Below the pieces are notes generated by a model that saw only the letters and a program-made list of their open reading frames with translations, was not told where the DNA came from and ran no database searches. This document shows positions 41,606 through 56,613 of a stretch of 64,000 nt of DNA, piece after piece; positions within the stretch are counted from its first letter, which is position 1; every line of letters begins with the position of its first letter. The DNA lies in assembly GCA_951406725.2 (NCBI GenBank), contig OX597835.1:20274001-20338000 (forward strand). The letters are read 5' to 3'. The position numbers and the translations under genes were made by a program. Source of the stretch: Octopus vulgaris (taxonomy: Eukaryota).

Positions 41606-42640
41606 TGATGATGATGATGATGATGATGATGAAGATGATGATATTTGCCACTTCGTTACAGAAGAAGGCCGTCTCTTCAATTAATATATAGTATCATGAG
41701 ATCTTATATGTCTAACGAGTTCTGCCCTTGGCAAACACATTCTACTACAGATCTTACAAATATTTTAAAGCTGAAAAGTGTCTGAGATTTAGCTAAGTCC
41801 TGTCTACGAAGTGCTCGTTTCCAGATAGAATGTTGAATACTTCCCGCTTCAAATGCTTTACATCTATTGTAGATCATTTCTTTCCAAACCGATCGATCTT
41901 GCGTCATCTGCTGCCAGGCTTTAACTTTCACATTAAGAACCTGAAGGTTGCTTTTCAAAGCATCCCTAAAAGATTTCTTAGGTTTAAGTCTCGGCCGTTT
42001 CCCACGCTGCAACTCCACGTAAAACAACTGCTTTGGCAACCTGTCATCCTCCATCATAACAATGTGCCCAGCCCAACGCATCTGATTGCGTATGAGCATC
42101 ATTTCAATACTGGATATGTTAGCTTGCTGAAGAACAACTATGTCTGTTGTTAAAGATTTCGATTTGGTGTTTAGTATCGTCCTGGAGCAAGTCTGATGGA
42201 GTCTTTCCAAAGCCTTGATGTGGCGCCGATATGTCGTCCAGGTTTTAGAAGAATACAGGAGGACCGTTAAAATCCGAGATCCATAGATACAGTGTTTGGT
42301 TTTGAAGGTGAAACCTATTTCACATCAAAGAGGAATTTCAAGCATTGCAAATGCTTTGCTAGCTTTTTCAATTCTCAGGTTTATTTCCGAATCGAGGGAT
42401 CGATGTCTAGAGAGATAGCTGCCAAGTTAGATGAACTAGTCAACCACATCTAATATTGTACCTTGGACAACGATGTTAGGTTCCACATAGTGTTGCGTTG
42501 GTGGCTGATAAAACATGACCTTTCATTTCTTCAGACTGATGGTAAGTCTAAAAGTAATAAGAAATATAGCCTGCAATATAAAAGAAATACAATTTAGCCA
42601 CAGTGTGAGCAACTAGAACTACATTTCATCAGCATAGAGG
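41606..42640 (-). mobile_element. RTE-clade LINE, 5'-truncated and decayed
   Basis: YADE (42636-42625), LGSYLS, LLYSSKTWTTYRRHIKALERLHQTC, MRWAGHIV..DDRLPKQLFY, terminal CKICSRMC..LVRHIRSH finger and (ATC)n tail. Confidence 0.9.
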
Positions 42641-42673
<33 letters not shown>

Positions 42674-42815
42674 CTTGTTGTGCAAGATTTTTTATGTGAA
42701 GTCGTGTGTTGAAACAGATATTGTTATATTTCGGAATGGTCATTTTGCCAGTTTAGCCAATAAAACACACGCACTATAATATATAATTATTTTATTATTA
42801 TCATTATAATTATTA

Positions 42816-42865
<50 letters not shown>

Positions 42866-42935
42866 CACAGGAAAAAGACATTCAAATTAGATGTACTAAA
42901 ATGAACATCTCTCAATGTTTAATTCGTATATATGA

Positions 42936-43164
42936 AAGTAGGTTTAGAGACAGAAGCACCTTTAATTCAATCAACACTAAAATATTTTATACCCGACCAC
43001 TCCATAAAATGTTAAGACTACATATATAGTCTTATAAACGGAAAATACTGGATTCAAACTAGATATAGTTAGTATTAGATTTAATACTTCACATTTTATG
43101 GAGTGGACGGATATAAAATCTTTCAGTGTTGATTGAGTTAAAGGTGGTTCTGTCTCAAAAACTA

Positions 43165-43168
<4 letters not shown>
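42936..43168. repeat. Inverted-repeat element (~75-bp arms) abutting (TA)n
   Basis: gagacagaagcacctttaattcaatcaacact...ccactccataaaatgt pairs with acattttatggagtgg...agtgttgattgagttaaaggtggttctgtctc. Confidence 0.75.
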
Positions 43169-43223
<55 letters not shown>

Positions 43224-43563
43224 GGGCGGAAAGTAAAAATATGCAAAGCATTTCTCAAACTCAATCTCTTATATTGCTAATATCATTGAGAGTTCAACGA
43301 GTTTCCTTTGTAGCTTTGCTTGAATAAAACTCTTTCGTACTGGAAGACTTTACATGAATGAAAGTAGAAGAGACCGTCCACACAAACATACGTACGTATG
43401 TAAATACATAAATACGCACGCACATACTTGCATGCATACATACACATATACATATATACACATACACTGAAAAATACACAAAGCTTTGCGAAAATAAATA
43501 ACCAGTCGAAATATATACGAAGTCAAATACGAGACGCACGTTTCTCTCTATATATATATATAC

Positions 43564-43687
<124 letters not shown>

Positions 43688-43876
43688 CATACATGTATAT
43701 ATACATACATGTATATATATATATACATATATATATACACACACACACATATATATATATATACCTATACACATATATATATATATACATACATACATGT
43801 ATATATATATACATATATATATATACATATACACACATACACACACATATATATACATATATATATATACATATGC

Positions 43877-43920
<44 letters not shown>

Positions 43921-43923
<3 letters not shown>

Positions 43924-44303
43924 AGCTTGTGGTAAGTAGCTTGTTTACCAACCACATGATTCCGGGTTGAGTTTTACTGCGTGGTACCTTGGGCAAGTGT
44001 CTTCTACTATAACCTCGGGCTGACCAAAACCTAGTGAGAGGATTTGGTAGAGGGAAACTGAAAGACGCCCGCCGTAAATATGTGTGTGTGTGTTTGTGTA
44101 TGTGTGTGTTTGTTCCTCACAATCACATGACAACCGATCCTTGTGTGTTAACGTCCCCATAACCTAGCGGTTCGACAAAACAGACCGTGAGAATAAGTTC
44201 TATACTTACAAAGAATAATTCCTGGCGTCGATTTGCTCGACTAATGGCGATGCCCCAGCATGGCCGCAGTTAAATGACTGAAACAAGTAAAAGAATAAAA
44301 GAA
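43921..44303 (+). mobile_element. SINE family A, diverged
   Basis: Head, internal (TG)n and tail all recognisable. Confidence 0.85.
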
Positions 44304-44319
44304 TATATATATATGTATG

Positions 44320-44353
<34 letters not shown>

Positions 44354-44378
44354 CATATATATATACACATATATATAT

Positions 44379-44445
<67 letters not shown>

Positions 44446-44507
44446 GAGAGCGGGCGAAATAGACAGATAGATAGATAGATAGATACAGAAAGAGAGAGCG
44501 AAAGGGA

Positions 44508-44580
<73 letters not shown>

Positions 44581-45480
44581 AATAAATATATACTTATATG
44601 TGTGTGCATGTGTAAATATATATGTGTTTCAATATACAGATATATGTATGTATATTTCACATCTCATCTAATTGAAGATATGCAGCATCATTGAAAGTTT
44701 TCTGAAACTCGGAGAAAAGTAGCCGAAAAACAGGAAGAAAGAATGACGTTACATTCGGATTCTGACAAGAAGAACTCCACTAAGATGACGTCCAGGTGTT
44801 GGCAGTAGTGTTAGACGACAATGAGATATAACATTGAGTAAAATTTGAAGTGTGTTTTAATTGACCATAATATATTCTATACTGAAGGGATTGTAATTCG
44901 GAAGAAACCTTCGGATATTATATTGTCTTGTGTAAACTTGAACCAAAAAAAAAATCTGATGAGTGGAAGGGAGATGTTCGTGACATGAAACGTGCATTGC
45001 GCATTTTAAAAACAGCTGGAGATAAACTTTCTATGTCATACCAAAGTAGGTTTCTTGCCGAAAGAGAAAGACGAACTCAGGAGGTGAAAGAAGAATCTAC
45101 GTAGAATAGGACTAGCATGATATCCATTATTACACAAGAAGTGAAAGGCAAGACAAAAAATATTGATCTCAGGGTTATTTGAAGACAAAGGTAACGCTTC
45201 ACTGATGTGCATGTAACTACTGGCTCAAATCACTCACTTAATATGGAGTGACTATATAAGTTTGTATGTAAACATCTCTCTCTATCGCTGCCTTTCCCTG
45301 TTTATAATATATATATATAAATCAGAGGAGAACCACCATTTATCAATTCAACAATGAAATAGCAATGATATAATTATATTATATAGAAAAAAAATTTAAA
45401 ATAGCATAAAACATATACCAATAATTAAGTAAATTACAAAATAATAAATAAATAAATAAAAAAGTATATAATTGGTTAAA

Positions 45481-45563
45481 AGACTACACGTGTTTCGTGG
45501 CAATTATTTTCAAACTGATAATAGTAAAATCAATTCAATTTAAACATAGTCACTCTTCAATTA
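45481..45563 (-). ncRNA. Decayed hammerhead motif with long stem II
   Basis: Reverse complement: TTGAAGA-GTGAC...GCCAC-GAAAC-ACGT-GTA-GTC. Palindromic stem III ACACGTGT. Module lies between TA tracts. Confidence 0.5.
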
Positions 45564-46020
45564 TTTTATTGTTTTAATGTTGGACCTGAAGTGATATATA
45601 TATATATATACAAGTGTGTGTGTGCGTGTGTAAACCTCGATACGGATGTTTCTACCTAAATTTGTTTGTATCTACCAAACAAAAGGCAGAATGATTATTA
45701 CAAATATGAGTATTTTCATAATGACTATCATCATGGCAATATCAGTCCATCTAAGTTACTAACGTATACACATGACTAAATGGTACGAGACACTTATCCA
45801 AGGTACTGATCGTTGGAACAGAATAAGTAACCTCAAACCCGAATGCACCTAAATCCTATTTAAACAACTTTACCATGCAGCTTTCCCACTGAAAATTCCA
45901 ACAAATCCACGTAAATATATACATTTGTACATATGTAAGCTCAGGCAATCATACGTGTATACATTCATAGGTATATATATGTATGCACACATATATATAA
46001 ATATATGTATGCACACACAC

Positions 46021-46052
<32 letters not shown>

Positions 46053-46115
46053 ATGTGTGTGTGTGTTTATGTATTTATCTCTCTATATATATGTACGTAG
46101 ATATATATACATTGT

Positions 46116-46160
<45 letters not shown>

Positions 46161-46540
46161 AATATATATAGTTATGTATGTATACAAGACATATTCATAC
46201 TTTATTATCCGTGACTTCATATTAAATCTTAGCGTGTCGGCAGAGAATGTCTTGGTCAGTTCAACTCAGTTCAAATTCAATTTAAAGTTATTTATTCTAT
46301 ATTGTAAGGAAATATAATTGAAACAGCTGTCAATGCTACACTAATAACAACAATAAGCATACGCACACACAGACACAGTCAGAGCATGTATGTTAGTGCG
46401 TGATTGCTTGTGTGTATGTATGTGCTTGTGTATGTGTTTTTACGTAGAAGTATATATGTATTAGATACAATTATATGTATGGATATGTTTTTTTTTAATT
46501 TATTTATATGGATATAGTATACACACACAGACACAGATAG

Positions 46541-46584
<44 letters not shown>

Positions 46585-48665
46585 CATACATACATACGGC
46601 AATATTCTATTGAGAAGAGGGGAAGAGGAGGAGGGAAAGCAGGAGGAGGAGGGGGAGGGGGACGTGGACGAGGATGACAATGATAACGACAAATCGATGA
46701 TGAGAAGAAAAAGAACAAGAAGATGGTGGTCATGATGGTGATGATGATGATGTTTGTGGTGGTGGTGGTTGTGGTGGTGGTGATTTCTAACTGTATGTAC
46801 GGCCGTCTAGAGGATATATCGAGAAGAAATTAGAAAAACTTCGGGGTATTAGGTGAAATATCGATTATGAACAAAGCGAGGTAAAATTTATAATATATAA
46901 AAGTTATAAAATGAAGTCTGTCAATAGAAGAACTACACCCTGTGGCCTCACAATGTAGCCCGTATATTCCAGGTGCATCCTGGCAACCAAGGGCATCAGT
47001 GGCCATGCATCTACGTGACCTTTCCTTGTATAGGCTTTTTCATCCGTGTCAATTCTCCCAATCTCAAAGTATTTTAACTTTACTGGAATGCAGAATTTCT
47101 CCGCAACTCAAGTCTTCTCCAAGTGGCATTGCAATAAAATCAGAGAGGTTTAGCAGGAATGTAAAGCGGTTGTTCTCAGAACTTGCACATTTGTTCATTT
47201 TAAAATATTAAGTAAAGATTGGTTTGATATACCTATAACGTCAACTATGAAACGCTTGATATCATTCCTGATTGATTTTCCCAATAGTTGCCCTTCTTAC
47301 AACCATATTTACACTATCTTTATCTGTGACTTCATATTAAATCTTTTTGAATTGTCTGAGCTGTAGTTTTTCGAACTGCCATCTTTGATCCGACTAGATA
47401 TTTGCATGAATGCGAGAGCAGACATAGTCAAGATTTAGAGAAATGGATCCCAAGCCGAAAATTGTATCGCTAAAAATATTCACTGAAAGAGGACTCAGAA
47501 AATTACAAACCCTCTCAAATAAGTAGCTGAAATTTTACCGAGCAAATAATCTATTCAACAGCCACTATTAAAGTACTGTTTTCTAATTAAAATATATTTT
47601 CTAAAATTTCTATAGAAGTACATGATAATTTATATCAATATAAGGTGTGAGGTATATTTGCCATCTCAATATGGCTAACCACTAAGGGTAGGTGTTACTG
47701 TAGCTTGTAGCCCCAGGAAAACATCGTCTCCAGCTGGCTATAGGCACACTTTCTGTGCCCTAACGGTATTTGCAAAGGGAGCTCATCTTTCCTTGTCAAC
47801 CTAAGTGATACGTTTATAACCAATGCCTCAGGTCTTTCAATATTGCCAACCATACTGCAAACACGATTTTTACAAACTCAGATAGACTGTAACTTAAATG
47901 TCCCATTGGGATTAATATAACACGGATAACAATCAGTGTTCATGCAGGTGAGTCGATCTTCTTCATGCACAAGCATTCGTCAAAACTTCCTTCATTGTAT
48001 TTGCTTTGCACAGCTATCACAGTTCTCTCTAACACGCTCAATAATACCCTCAGCGCTAGCTGTCTCTGTGACCGCTTCAGCTTATGTACTCCCATATAAT
48101 TACTGTACAGCTCTAGTATTCATGCAGATATCTAGCCGGACCAAAGGTAGCAGGTAAAAAAACAAGTGACCAAGCAATTTAGAGGGACCTTCGTTATATT
48201 GTAGTCTTTTTACACCAGTATTCGCCGAATATCTTTAGGGTATCATTTTAAATTTTTATAATTTTATTTTGAGGAATATTACAACGCAGGCTGGAAAGCG
48301 GAGCAATTTTCAATCGAAAGTGAAAGTAGAGAATTTGTTGGACATAGTGTGAGGCAACTTTTGGTATTGTTAGGCCTTATTCAAAGCAACGAAATTGGAA
48401 CATGTGGAAAAGGTAAGCAACTGAATTTGGTTAAGAAGAGACGATGAGCAATGGCTAGAAGAATACTGGGAGAAACCTGATAATCAGTTGATCTAGCAAG
48501 CAGGCCTCATTTCAGTGAGGTGGGGCCGGTGCACAATGATGCCGTCGAGAGGTAGGCCCCGAAACGGCACGCATAATTCCCTGAGGGGTCCGTAAACATC
48601 TTAGCATCCGGTATGCGGTACTTTCAACTGGTTGCACTTGCATCTGCAAGTTCTTTGCAAAAATA

Positions 48666-48744
<79 letters not shown>

Positions 48745-48746
<2 letters not shown>

Positions 48747-48900
48747 GCGACAAGCTTCTTTTAGTTTCCGCCTGCCATCTACATTTGCAAGGCTTCGGTT
48801 GACCACGAGCTGTAGTGGAAGACACATGATAAAACTGACACGTTGTGGAACTGAACTGCAATCATGTGTTTGAGAAGCAAGCTTCTTAAGACACACGCTG
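48745..48900 (-). mobile_element. Degraded SINE A 5' half
   Basis: gcttcttttagtttccgcctgcca...gaagacac...actgaac. Confidence 0.6.
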
Positions 48901-50602
48901 AAATACGTACGGAAAGACACACGCACACACACACATACATACACTCAAACACACACGCACGTATGCACACACACATATATACATGTATATATGTATACAG
49001 ATACACACTACCAATGCATCCCAGCGTTGCCACAATGTTTTGACCCACAGCCACATTGTATTATTTGTTCTTTTCTTATGGGAAGAACCGGCACAGCTGA
49101 TATATAGTGAAACGGATTACTGGCGTAATGAAAGTTATAGTTTGTTTAAAAGTGAAGTGGAGGAGGATTCAACTTATATGGGTTTGCATGATTGCTATTT
49201 CTGTTCTTAAGAAGGATCGCAAACTGTGTAGTGTTTCATCGTATAAGATGGGGTTAATACGATTTTGCTCAGAAATCACATTTTCAAAATATTAATTTCC
49301 CCGTTCTCATCTCAGTTTCTTGTTTTGTGACTTTTCATCGATTTTTTAAAAAGATCTTCTTCATCCACGTACAAAAATAGAGAGACTACGAATATGGGAT
49401 ATAAATATTTTATTTAAAGTTTAATTTTCCTTAAAGAAATACTCAATGCCCCATACAACACGTCACCTACCCAACACCTACCGCATTCAAAAAGCTAAGA
49501 CCTCCCAATGTTTCACTTTCGTCTGATATTTCACGCACGCAGAGAATTGTACTGAAATAAAATACGTAAGAAATACCAGACCTCCAATAGAAGACCCAGC
49601 ATGCTAGAAAAAAAGGTAAAGAACATTATTTCTGAAGAAACTTCGCCGCTTTCCAAAACGCAAAAAGCGAAACATTGGGAGTTTGTATCGTTTTGAAAGT
49701 GATGAGGTGATGGATGGATGTTTGGGAAGGAGATTTTAGTGTTTAAGAAAAAAAGGAATAAGAACATTTTTAAAGATCCCTGCACTGCTTACTTTTTTTC
49801 GCCGTGGATTACCAAGAAAAAAATGGGAATAAATAAAAGATTAAAAAATCAGGTTGGGGAAGAAGAAAATTTAAAAATTGAGAATGGACAAAATCTTAAT
49901 CTTCTGAGGAAATATATAAGAAACTCCCGTAATATATAAATGTTGTCCTTGAACAACCCAAGTGTAATGAAATAAGTGAAGGAGTGCAAATAGGAGAGCC
50001 TTGTCGGAGAATAAGGGCGAAACATAACAGACACGCAAAACATCATGACAAACTTATCATATGTTCAGTTCAGTCAATTCGAATTGCCGTACTGAACGAC
50101 TGTTCCAGAAGTACACAAAATAAAATGGTCACTTTCATTCTCCTGTGAAACACACTACAAATATATCTTATTTCTGGTAACATCATCAACTATGTAAAAC
50201 AAAATATAGTGCTACGTTTCTCTTCATGTCTGCACCTGGACTTAACAAAAATAAATATGCTTCTATACATGCAATTTGTCATTACAATGATATATATTAT
50301 ATGTGTATTAATATTGAATTTTTCGAGACTTTTCAGTTGTAACATCAGTTATATTTGTTGCAAATTATAACTGTATTTTCGTATCATTTTTAATTCATAA
50401 ATATACTTGATATTTGAGATTTAGTAAGCTTTATTCCTTCGACATATATATTACTGCGTGCTTCTGTATAAGCGATAATTTGAGCTCTTTCTCATAAAGG
50501 GACAGACCACACACATACATTAATAATTAACATTTCAGTGAAAACAGATTAATATACATTCATACATAAATGTGAGTGTGACTGTGCGGATTCTCACATG
50601 TC

Positions 50603-50635
<33 letters not shown>

Positions 50636-50729
50636 GAAACATATACACATCAAGATATATATATATATACACACGAACATATACGTATCAATACATATAT
50701 ATACAAACATGCATATATATGTATGTATG

Positions 50730-50779
<50 letters not shown>

Positions 50780-50801
50780 TGTATATATATATGTGTGTGT
50801 G

Positions 50802-50941
<140 letters not shown>

Positions 50942-51664
50942 AATGGGTTTGTGCCCGCTATGTTTGAATGTTTGGCTGTGTGCTTGTGTGTAGTCTTCGG
51001 CAACGTACGTAAATGTAAAAGTCGATGAAGTATATTTAACATCACAATGTACATATGTTACAATGATTCAGTAATTATATAGTTTTCTTCAAACGGGGAG
51101 AGCTATCCAAAGAAAGTTAAAGCTATAGTTGTATACTGCCAAAGTTCTAATTAAATATACGTTTGGCCAGCTTTCACTTATGTTTGAATTCATAAACAGT
51201 GCTATCTGCTGATATATATGCAAGTATCTGTATACATACATGTGATATACAAACACATGTGTGTATGTGTGTAAAACTTGGTCATGTGTATTTATATGAA
51301 TATATACATATACGCGTGTGTGTCTAGTAATACCCATAGACACACATATATGTAATTGTAAAAACGTATATATTCATAATACGTACATATATACATACAT
51401 ATGAATGTTTAATTATACATCCACAAATATATCTCTGTACTTGTATCTTTACTTCTGTCTGTGTGTGTGTGTTTGTGTGTGTTCGTGTGTATGTGTGTGC
51501 ATGTGTAACTGAGTGAGTGCGCATGTACAAATGTTACGCTACATTTGTTCCACTCACATTGTTTCCATATGTAAATGTATTTTAATCCAATACGCCGTAT
51601 TTATGAAGGATAACTCGTTTTATATAATTACCTATGGGATATATCATTAAAAGGAGATGCTGGT

Positions 51665-51859
51665 GATGATGGTGATCGTGATTAAATGATGATGACGATA
51701 ATAATAATGATGATAATAATAATAATAATAATAATAACAATAATAATGATAATAATAATAAAAAGGATGATGATGATGATGATGATGATGATACTAATAA
51801 TAATAATAATAATAATAACAATAATAATGATAATAATAATAATAAGGATGATAATGATG

Positions 51860-51938
<79 letters not shown>

Positions 51939-51977
51939 TGATGATGATGATGATTATGATAATAATAATAATAATAT
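51665..51977. repeat. (ATA)n/(ATG)n microsatellite
   Basis: Direct reading. Confidence 0.95.
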
Positions 51978-52937
51978 TCTGATAACTGTTCAAAGTAACT
52001 GAAAAAAATTGTCATAGAAAATGCATACAAATGTGAAGAAAATGTTCCTTTTCGTTTATATTCTTGTAGAAATCTATAAAATAATATTGTTAGGATATGG
52101 AGCTTTGCAAACGCTTTTGTCTGTAGACTCATTCGCAGTTTTTACAATTGTATTGAAGCCATCCAATTCAATAAATATTCGGCGTCTTCCAGACTCCTTC
52201 TGATTTCCTTAGTTCGTTATTTCTTCCAGCGATTTACCAATATTTTAGGCTACTTATTTCCAAGAATCTTTCAAGTCGATTCCAATAAATCGTATTACTT
52301 CTTAAAGCACGACACGAATCTATTTACTTATATATTCTTATATTCGTTTATTCTTTTATTCTCTATATTTCCTATTCATTTACTTGTGATTTATGTTTGT
52401 GACATTCCATTGATTAAAAACAAATATGAAAGCAACTATAAATATGAAAAATCTTACTAGAATTTCCAGATTTACAAAACTCACCGAATCAATATGTACC
52501 ACAAACAAATATGACAAACATATGCAAGATGTTGAGGTCAATGTGTATTCTAAAGAAAAACAAAATAAAGATCAAACAAACATTTCTAAAATTATATATC
52601 TAGCTGTAAGCATACCCTGAACAGAGTATAATCAGGTTTAGGCGAAAAATGGCTATGGCCTTTTTTGTCTATAATAATGAAACTCAAGAGAAGACTTTCG
52701 TCAGCTCAGTGGCCGTTTCGGACTTTCACATATGCATGATAGTAATGTAACGTAAATATGCTCTGTTCTCTCTTTATCTTTAGCATAGCATAACTTGTTC
52801 TCGGCAGTTTGTGTTGCTTGGTATTATGCGCCGCCATTAATTTGCGCTCATGAGCAGACATGACGACTCAATCGGCTGTCCGAATCTTGGAGACCTGATT
52901 ACTCCGAGATAGGGCAGCTGATGAGAGAGAGAGAGAG

Positions 52938-53014
<77 letters not shown>

Positions 53015-53229
53015 AAGCAGGAAAGAATGAAACAAACAAACAAAGAGAAAGCGATAGAAATCTTTTTTTCTTTTGCCCTTGTTTATAATTGTTTATGATT
53101 TTCATCTTTCAAGGTATTTTAATATACTGGTCACTTTGAGGGAACTTTTTGGAAACTTTTATCCTATATTAGAAGTATACACACACACTCACACACACAC
53201 ACACCACACACACACACACACACACATAC

Positions 53230-53268
<39 letters not shown>

Positions 53269-53294
53269 TTCACGCATACACACACACACATATA

Positions 53295-53530
53295 TGATAA
53301 TAATGTTCGTCCTTCGGGTTCGAAGATGACTATTGACATCATGTGGTGGAATTGCTGCTATGAGACCGGGGGTGGCTGGTGAGGCAAGAAAGCCCCTCCC
53401 ACAGGTGGGGCAGAAGTGGGTAGGGGCTGTGCTATTGGTGCAGGTGGCTCTGGCCTTCCGCATCTGGCGTTTCTGTTCTGCTGACTGAATCCGTCTCTCC
53501 TCGACTGTCTTTGCTCCTGTTGTGATTGCG
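53295..53530 (-). mobile_element. RTE LINE extreme 3' end
   Basis: GAKTVEERRIQSAEQKRQMRKAR...HFCPTCGRGFLA, then a short 3' UTR and (ATT/ATC) tail. Confidence 0.85.
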
Positions 53531-54644
53531 CTATACATATACATATATGTATGTATAGAATGTTCTAATTGCCTGCGTATATCGATGAAAGATAGAGAGG
53601 TGAACTGCATGTAGCGCGTGTGTTTGTGTGTGTGTGAGCTGGAACTTTTAGCAAGTAGCTTTATCTGTGTTGAACATGTAACTAGCATATCAGTGAAGTT
53701 TAGACACAACACTTAATAAAACCCACATTAATTGTTTTATTTGCTTTTGTTTCTATAGATTATTACCTTACTCTGTGAGGTTTCAAACACCTTCATCATG
53801 GCTTTATCACTGAACATCTGAGAAATTCCTCTGCATTTTTTCGAAGTCATCCTCTGGCCTACTTCTATAGGCTTCGAGTAATGTATATTTTCATGGTAAT
53901 TTCTTATAACATGATTAACGGTTTTGAATTGTTTTAATCCTGGAAGTTATTTTTTTTAAAAATAAGGTCCTTTTCATGGCAAAGTTTGATATGTTAAATG
54001 TTGTAAGCAAAAGAATAAAATCAAATATATTCTTAACTGTAAATGTGTTTGTTTGTTAATATGAATGTGGGAGAAGAAGCACCCAATGGCAATTGTTAGA
54101 AATTGTAGATAATTTGATTAGGCACTCTTTGTTAATTTGAATTTACAGGAGTTGCAGGAGGGATCCCTAATGCTATAGGGAACAAATATAGTTATTTATT
54201 TCGTTACGTTTTACCTCAAGTGTATATTGTAGGCTAACAGAGATTGATTGATGAGGTTAAGAGATCTGAATAATTTTTCACTACTTTATTTAATGTAATT
54301 AAATTCCAAAAAAGTATATATGTTTAACTTCGATAATTCAAAGCTATCAAATTATTTGAATAATTAATTTAATGCCTATTATAATGAATGAGGTGACCAA
54401 ATATTTTCTTTGTTTAAAAGAACAGAAAATACCTGAAGCAATTTGGAAACTCGTAAAAAATACCTTACATACTTTTAAGATATTATTAATTAATCTTTCG
54501 AAGTCATACAGTGATGTAATTCTAGAGCAAGTGTTTTGACCTCAGACTGTATGGATACTAAATCAACTAAAGCAGAGAGGACTATTTGGCCATTCACACA
54601 ATCATCAACTCCAGTTCAACATTTCTTTGTAATATTGTCTAAAT

Positions 54645-55115
54645 GGATCTTTACCTTTTGAACTACAGATTTAAAAAAAAAAAATTTTGTGACTAAACAC
54701 TTTCAAATTTCGGACACTGGCAGAATCTGTCATATAAAACATGGTTTACTTTTAGCATTTTTGAGAAAAACTAAAATTTACGAAGTAATTTCACGTCAAA
54801 TTTGTCGTATTTCGGTAATTTCAACCAATCAGTAACGTGTATTCAACTGAATAAAATTACTGCCGTTGTTTGTCAACAACTATCGGCGGTTTATTTTTCA
54901 TTTGTCACTGTTATTTATGACATTTTTGTTCGTTTGTACTGGTTTTAGCTTTAAGGTTTTAGGGTTAGGGTTAGGGCTTTAGGTTTATGGTTTTATGGTT
55001 TTAGGTTTAGGGTGTCTGGTTTAGGGTTAGGGTTTTAGGGTTAGGGTTAAGCTTATAGGGTTAGGTTTAGGATTTTAGGATTAGGGTTGTCATAAATAAC
55101 AGTGACAAACAGACG
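54645..55115 (+). mobile_element. Distant relative of family E with TTAGGG tract bracketed by 22-bp inverted repeats
   Basis: Starts GGATCTTT and shares actaaacacttt..actgg.agaat..tataaaacat..ttcaaccaatca with E. Inverted repeat at 54901-54922/55088-55109. Confidence 0.65.
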
Positions 55116-55254
55116 TTTTTTTTCACTGATAGCATTTCTTCTACTGCACCATTTATTTCACTAACTTTACAGATTTTTTGCCTTATCTGTGAAAGATGTA
55201 TATTGCAAAGTCATCTTTCTTTTATTGTTCCCTGTATTATACAAGTAAATATCC

Positions 55255-55675
55255 CGGGATCAAAGAAAGCACAGTGGCATGAGTATAAACAATATAAGAT
55301 ATACCGATGATAGTGCATTATTGACTGGGAGGCATGAAAATTCACATGAAACTGTTGGTATTGTAAAAGAGCCTAGAAATTCTGAAAATCAATGTAAAAA
55401 TACGACAAAGACAATAATTATTAGCAACTTATAACGATGGGCTCAAATATAATGCTATGTGGGAAGAGGCTTGAAAAAGTAAAATTAGTCAAGTATTTAG
55501 AATAAATAATAAGTCAGGGAGGTCGTCCTGTAAAGCAAATTACCTGAATAACAAAAGCCAAAACAACATTTATAAGAATCCAAGTGATTTCAAATGACAT
55601 AACATTACATCTAAAAATTAGGCTATCAAATAGTAATATCATAGTAATTATACTCCACGGAACAGAAACATGGGA
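55255..55675 (+). mobile_element. Highly decayed RTE (BovB-like) RT fragment
   Basis: SINNIRYTDDSALL ... LKINVK ... KYLE ... KAKTTF ... LHGTETW. Confidence 0.7.
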
Positions 55676-56526
55676 AAAGTGGTAATGTTATAAATTGTCA
55701 CGTCATATGTTATATCATTCCAGAGTTTATAATTACACATTATGAAATACCCAATGATTCACAATATAGACACAAAACAAAAACAAAATATTCGGAGATT
55801 TAGAATATATAAAAATATACACTAGTGGTCATGTATACCTGTCTTCGAATTAGAACGGAAAACATTCTGGAATAACATATTCTGTACGGAATTAAATAGA
55901 TATAACTCAATAATATATACACCCACCATAAATTTAAGAATAAATTTTGTAGGAAAAAATTCAATACGGTTATATTTTAGATTCTGGGTATGAGGTTTAT
56001 GAGATTGGAAAAGTAGTAAAATATTACAGTAAAAATTGAAATGGATAGCGAATTGTCATGTACCGCTAAGGAATATGATTCAAATAGTGATACTTCTTGA
56101 ATCAAGTGTATGGTTTGGATTGGTAAAAATAAGGCATCAAATTGTATAAAAATTCCAATTCCAGAAAATATTTTCTTTTTATGCAAAAAAAAACTTTTTA
56201 TCTTGCATTTACTTTTTGATTGACTCGTGAAATTATTCTTTTCCTATTTTTGAATATTTGATTATCTTCCTTTTTTTTTTTTTTTCAATTTTTGAAAAGA
56301 TTTTCTGTTTGGATCATGACAGAATTACGTAACAGCGAAGAAAAATGGAAATATTAGTAAGTGTTTATGAGATTCATCCAAAATTCCAAAATTCGCTTAG
56401 ATATGGCCACATAAAAGTATTTAATCACACAGAGAAGGCAGCGTTCTTTTTTCTTACGTTTCAATATCTCACATATGTATTGCTGCGTTTATAATATATG
56501 TGTGTGTGCATATATGCATATATATT

Positions 56527-56613
<87 letters not shown>

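Noticed and set aside
44956-44995. CTGATGA...GAAACGTG hammerhead-like string
   Set aside because: Cleavage triplet would be GUG (not NUH), stem II is weak, and it is not in a TA-bounded module.
49555-49696. Short open frame KIRKKYQTSNRRPSML...
   Set aside because: In-frame stop immediately upstream with no clear acceptor, and no homology recognised.
54950-55087. True telomere or chromosome fusion site
   Set aside because: Short, degenerate, single orientation and embedded in a transposon-like element.
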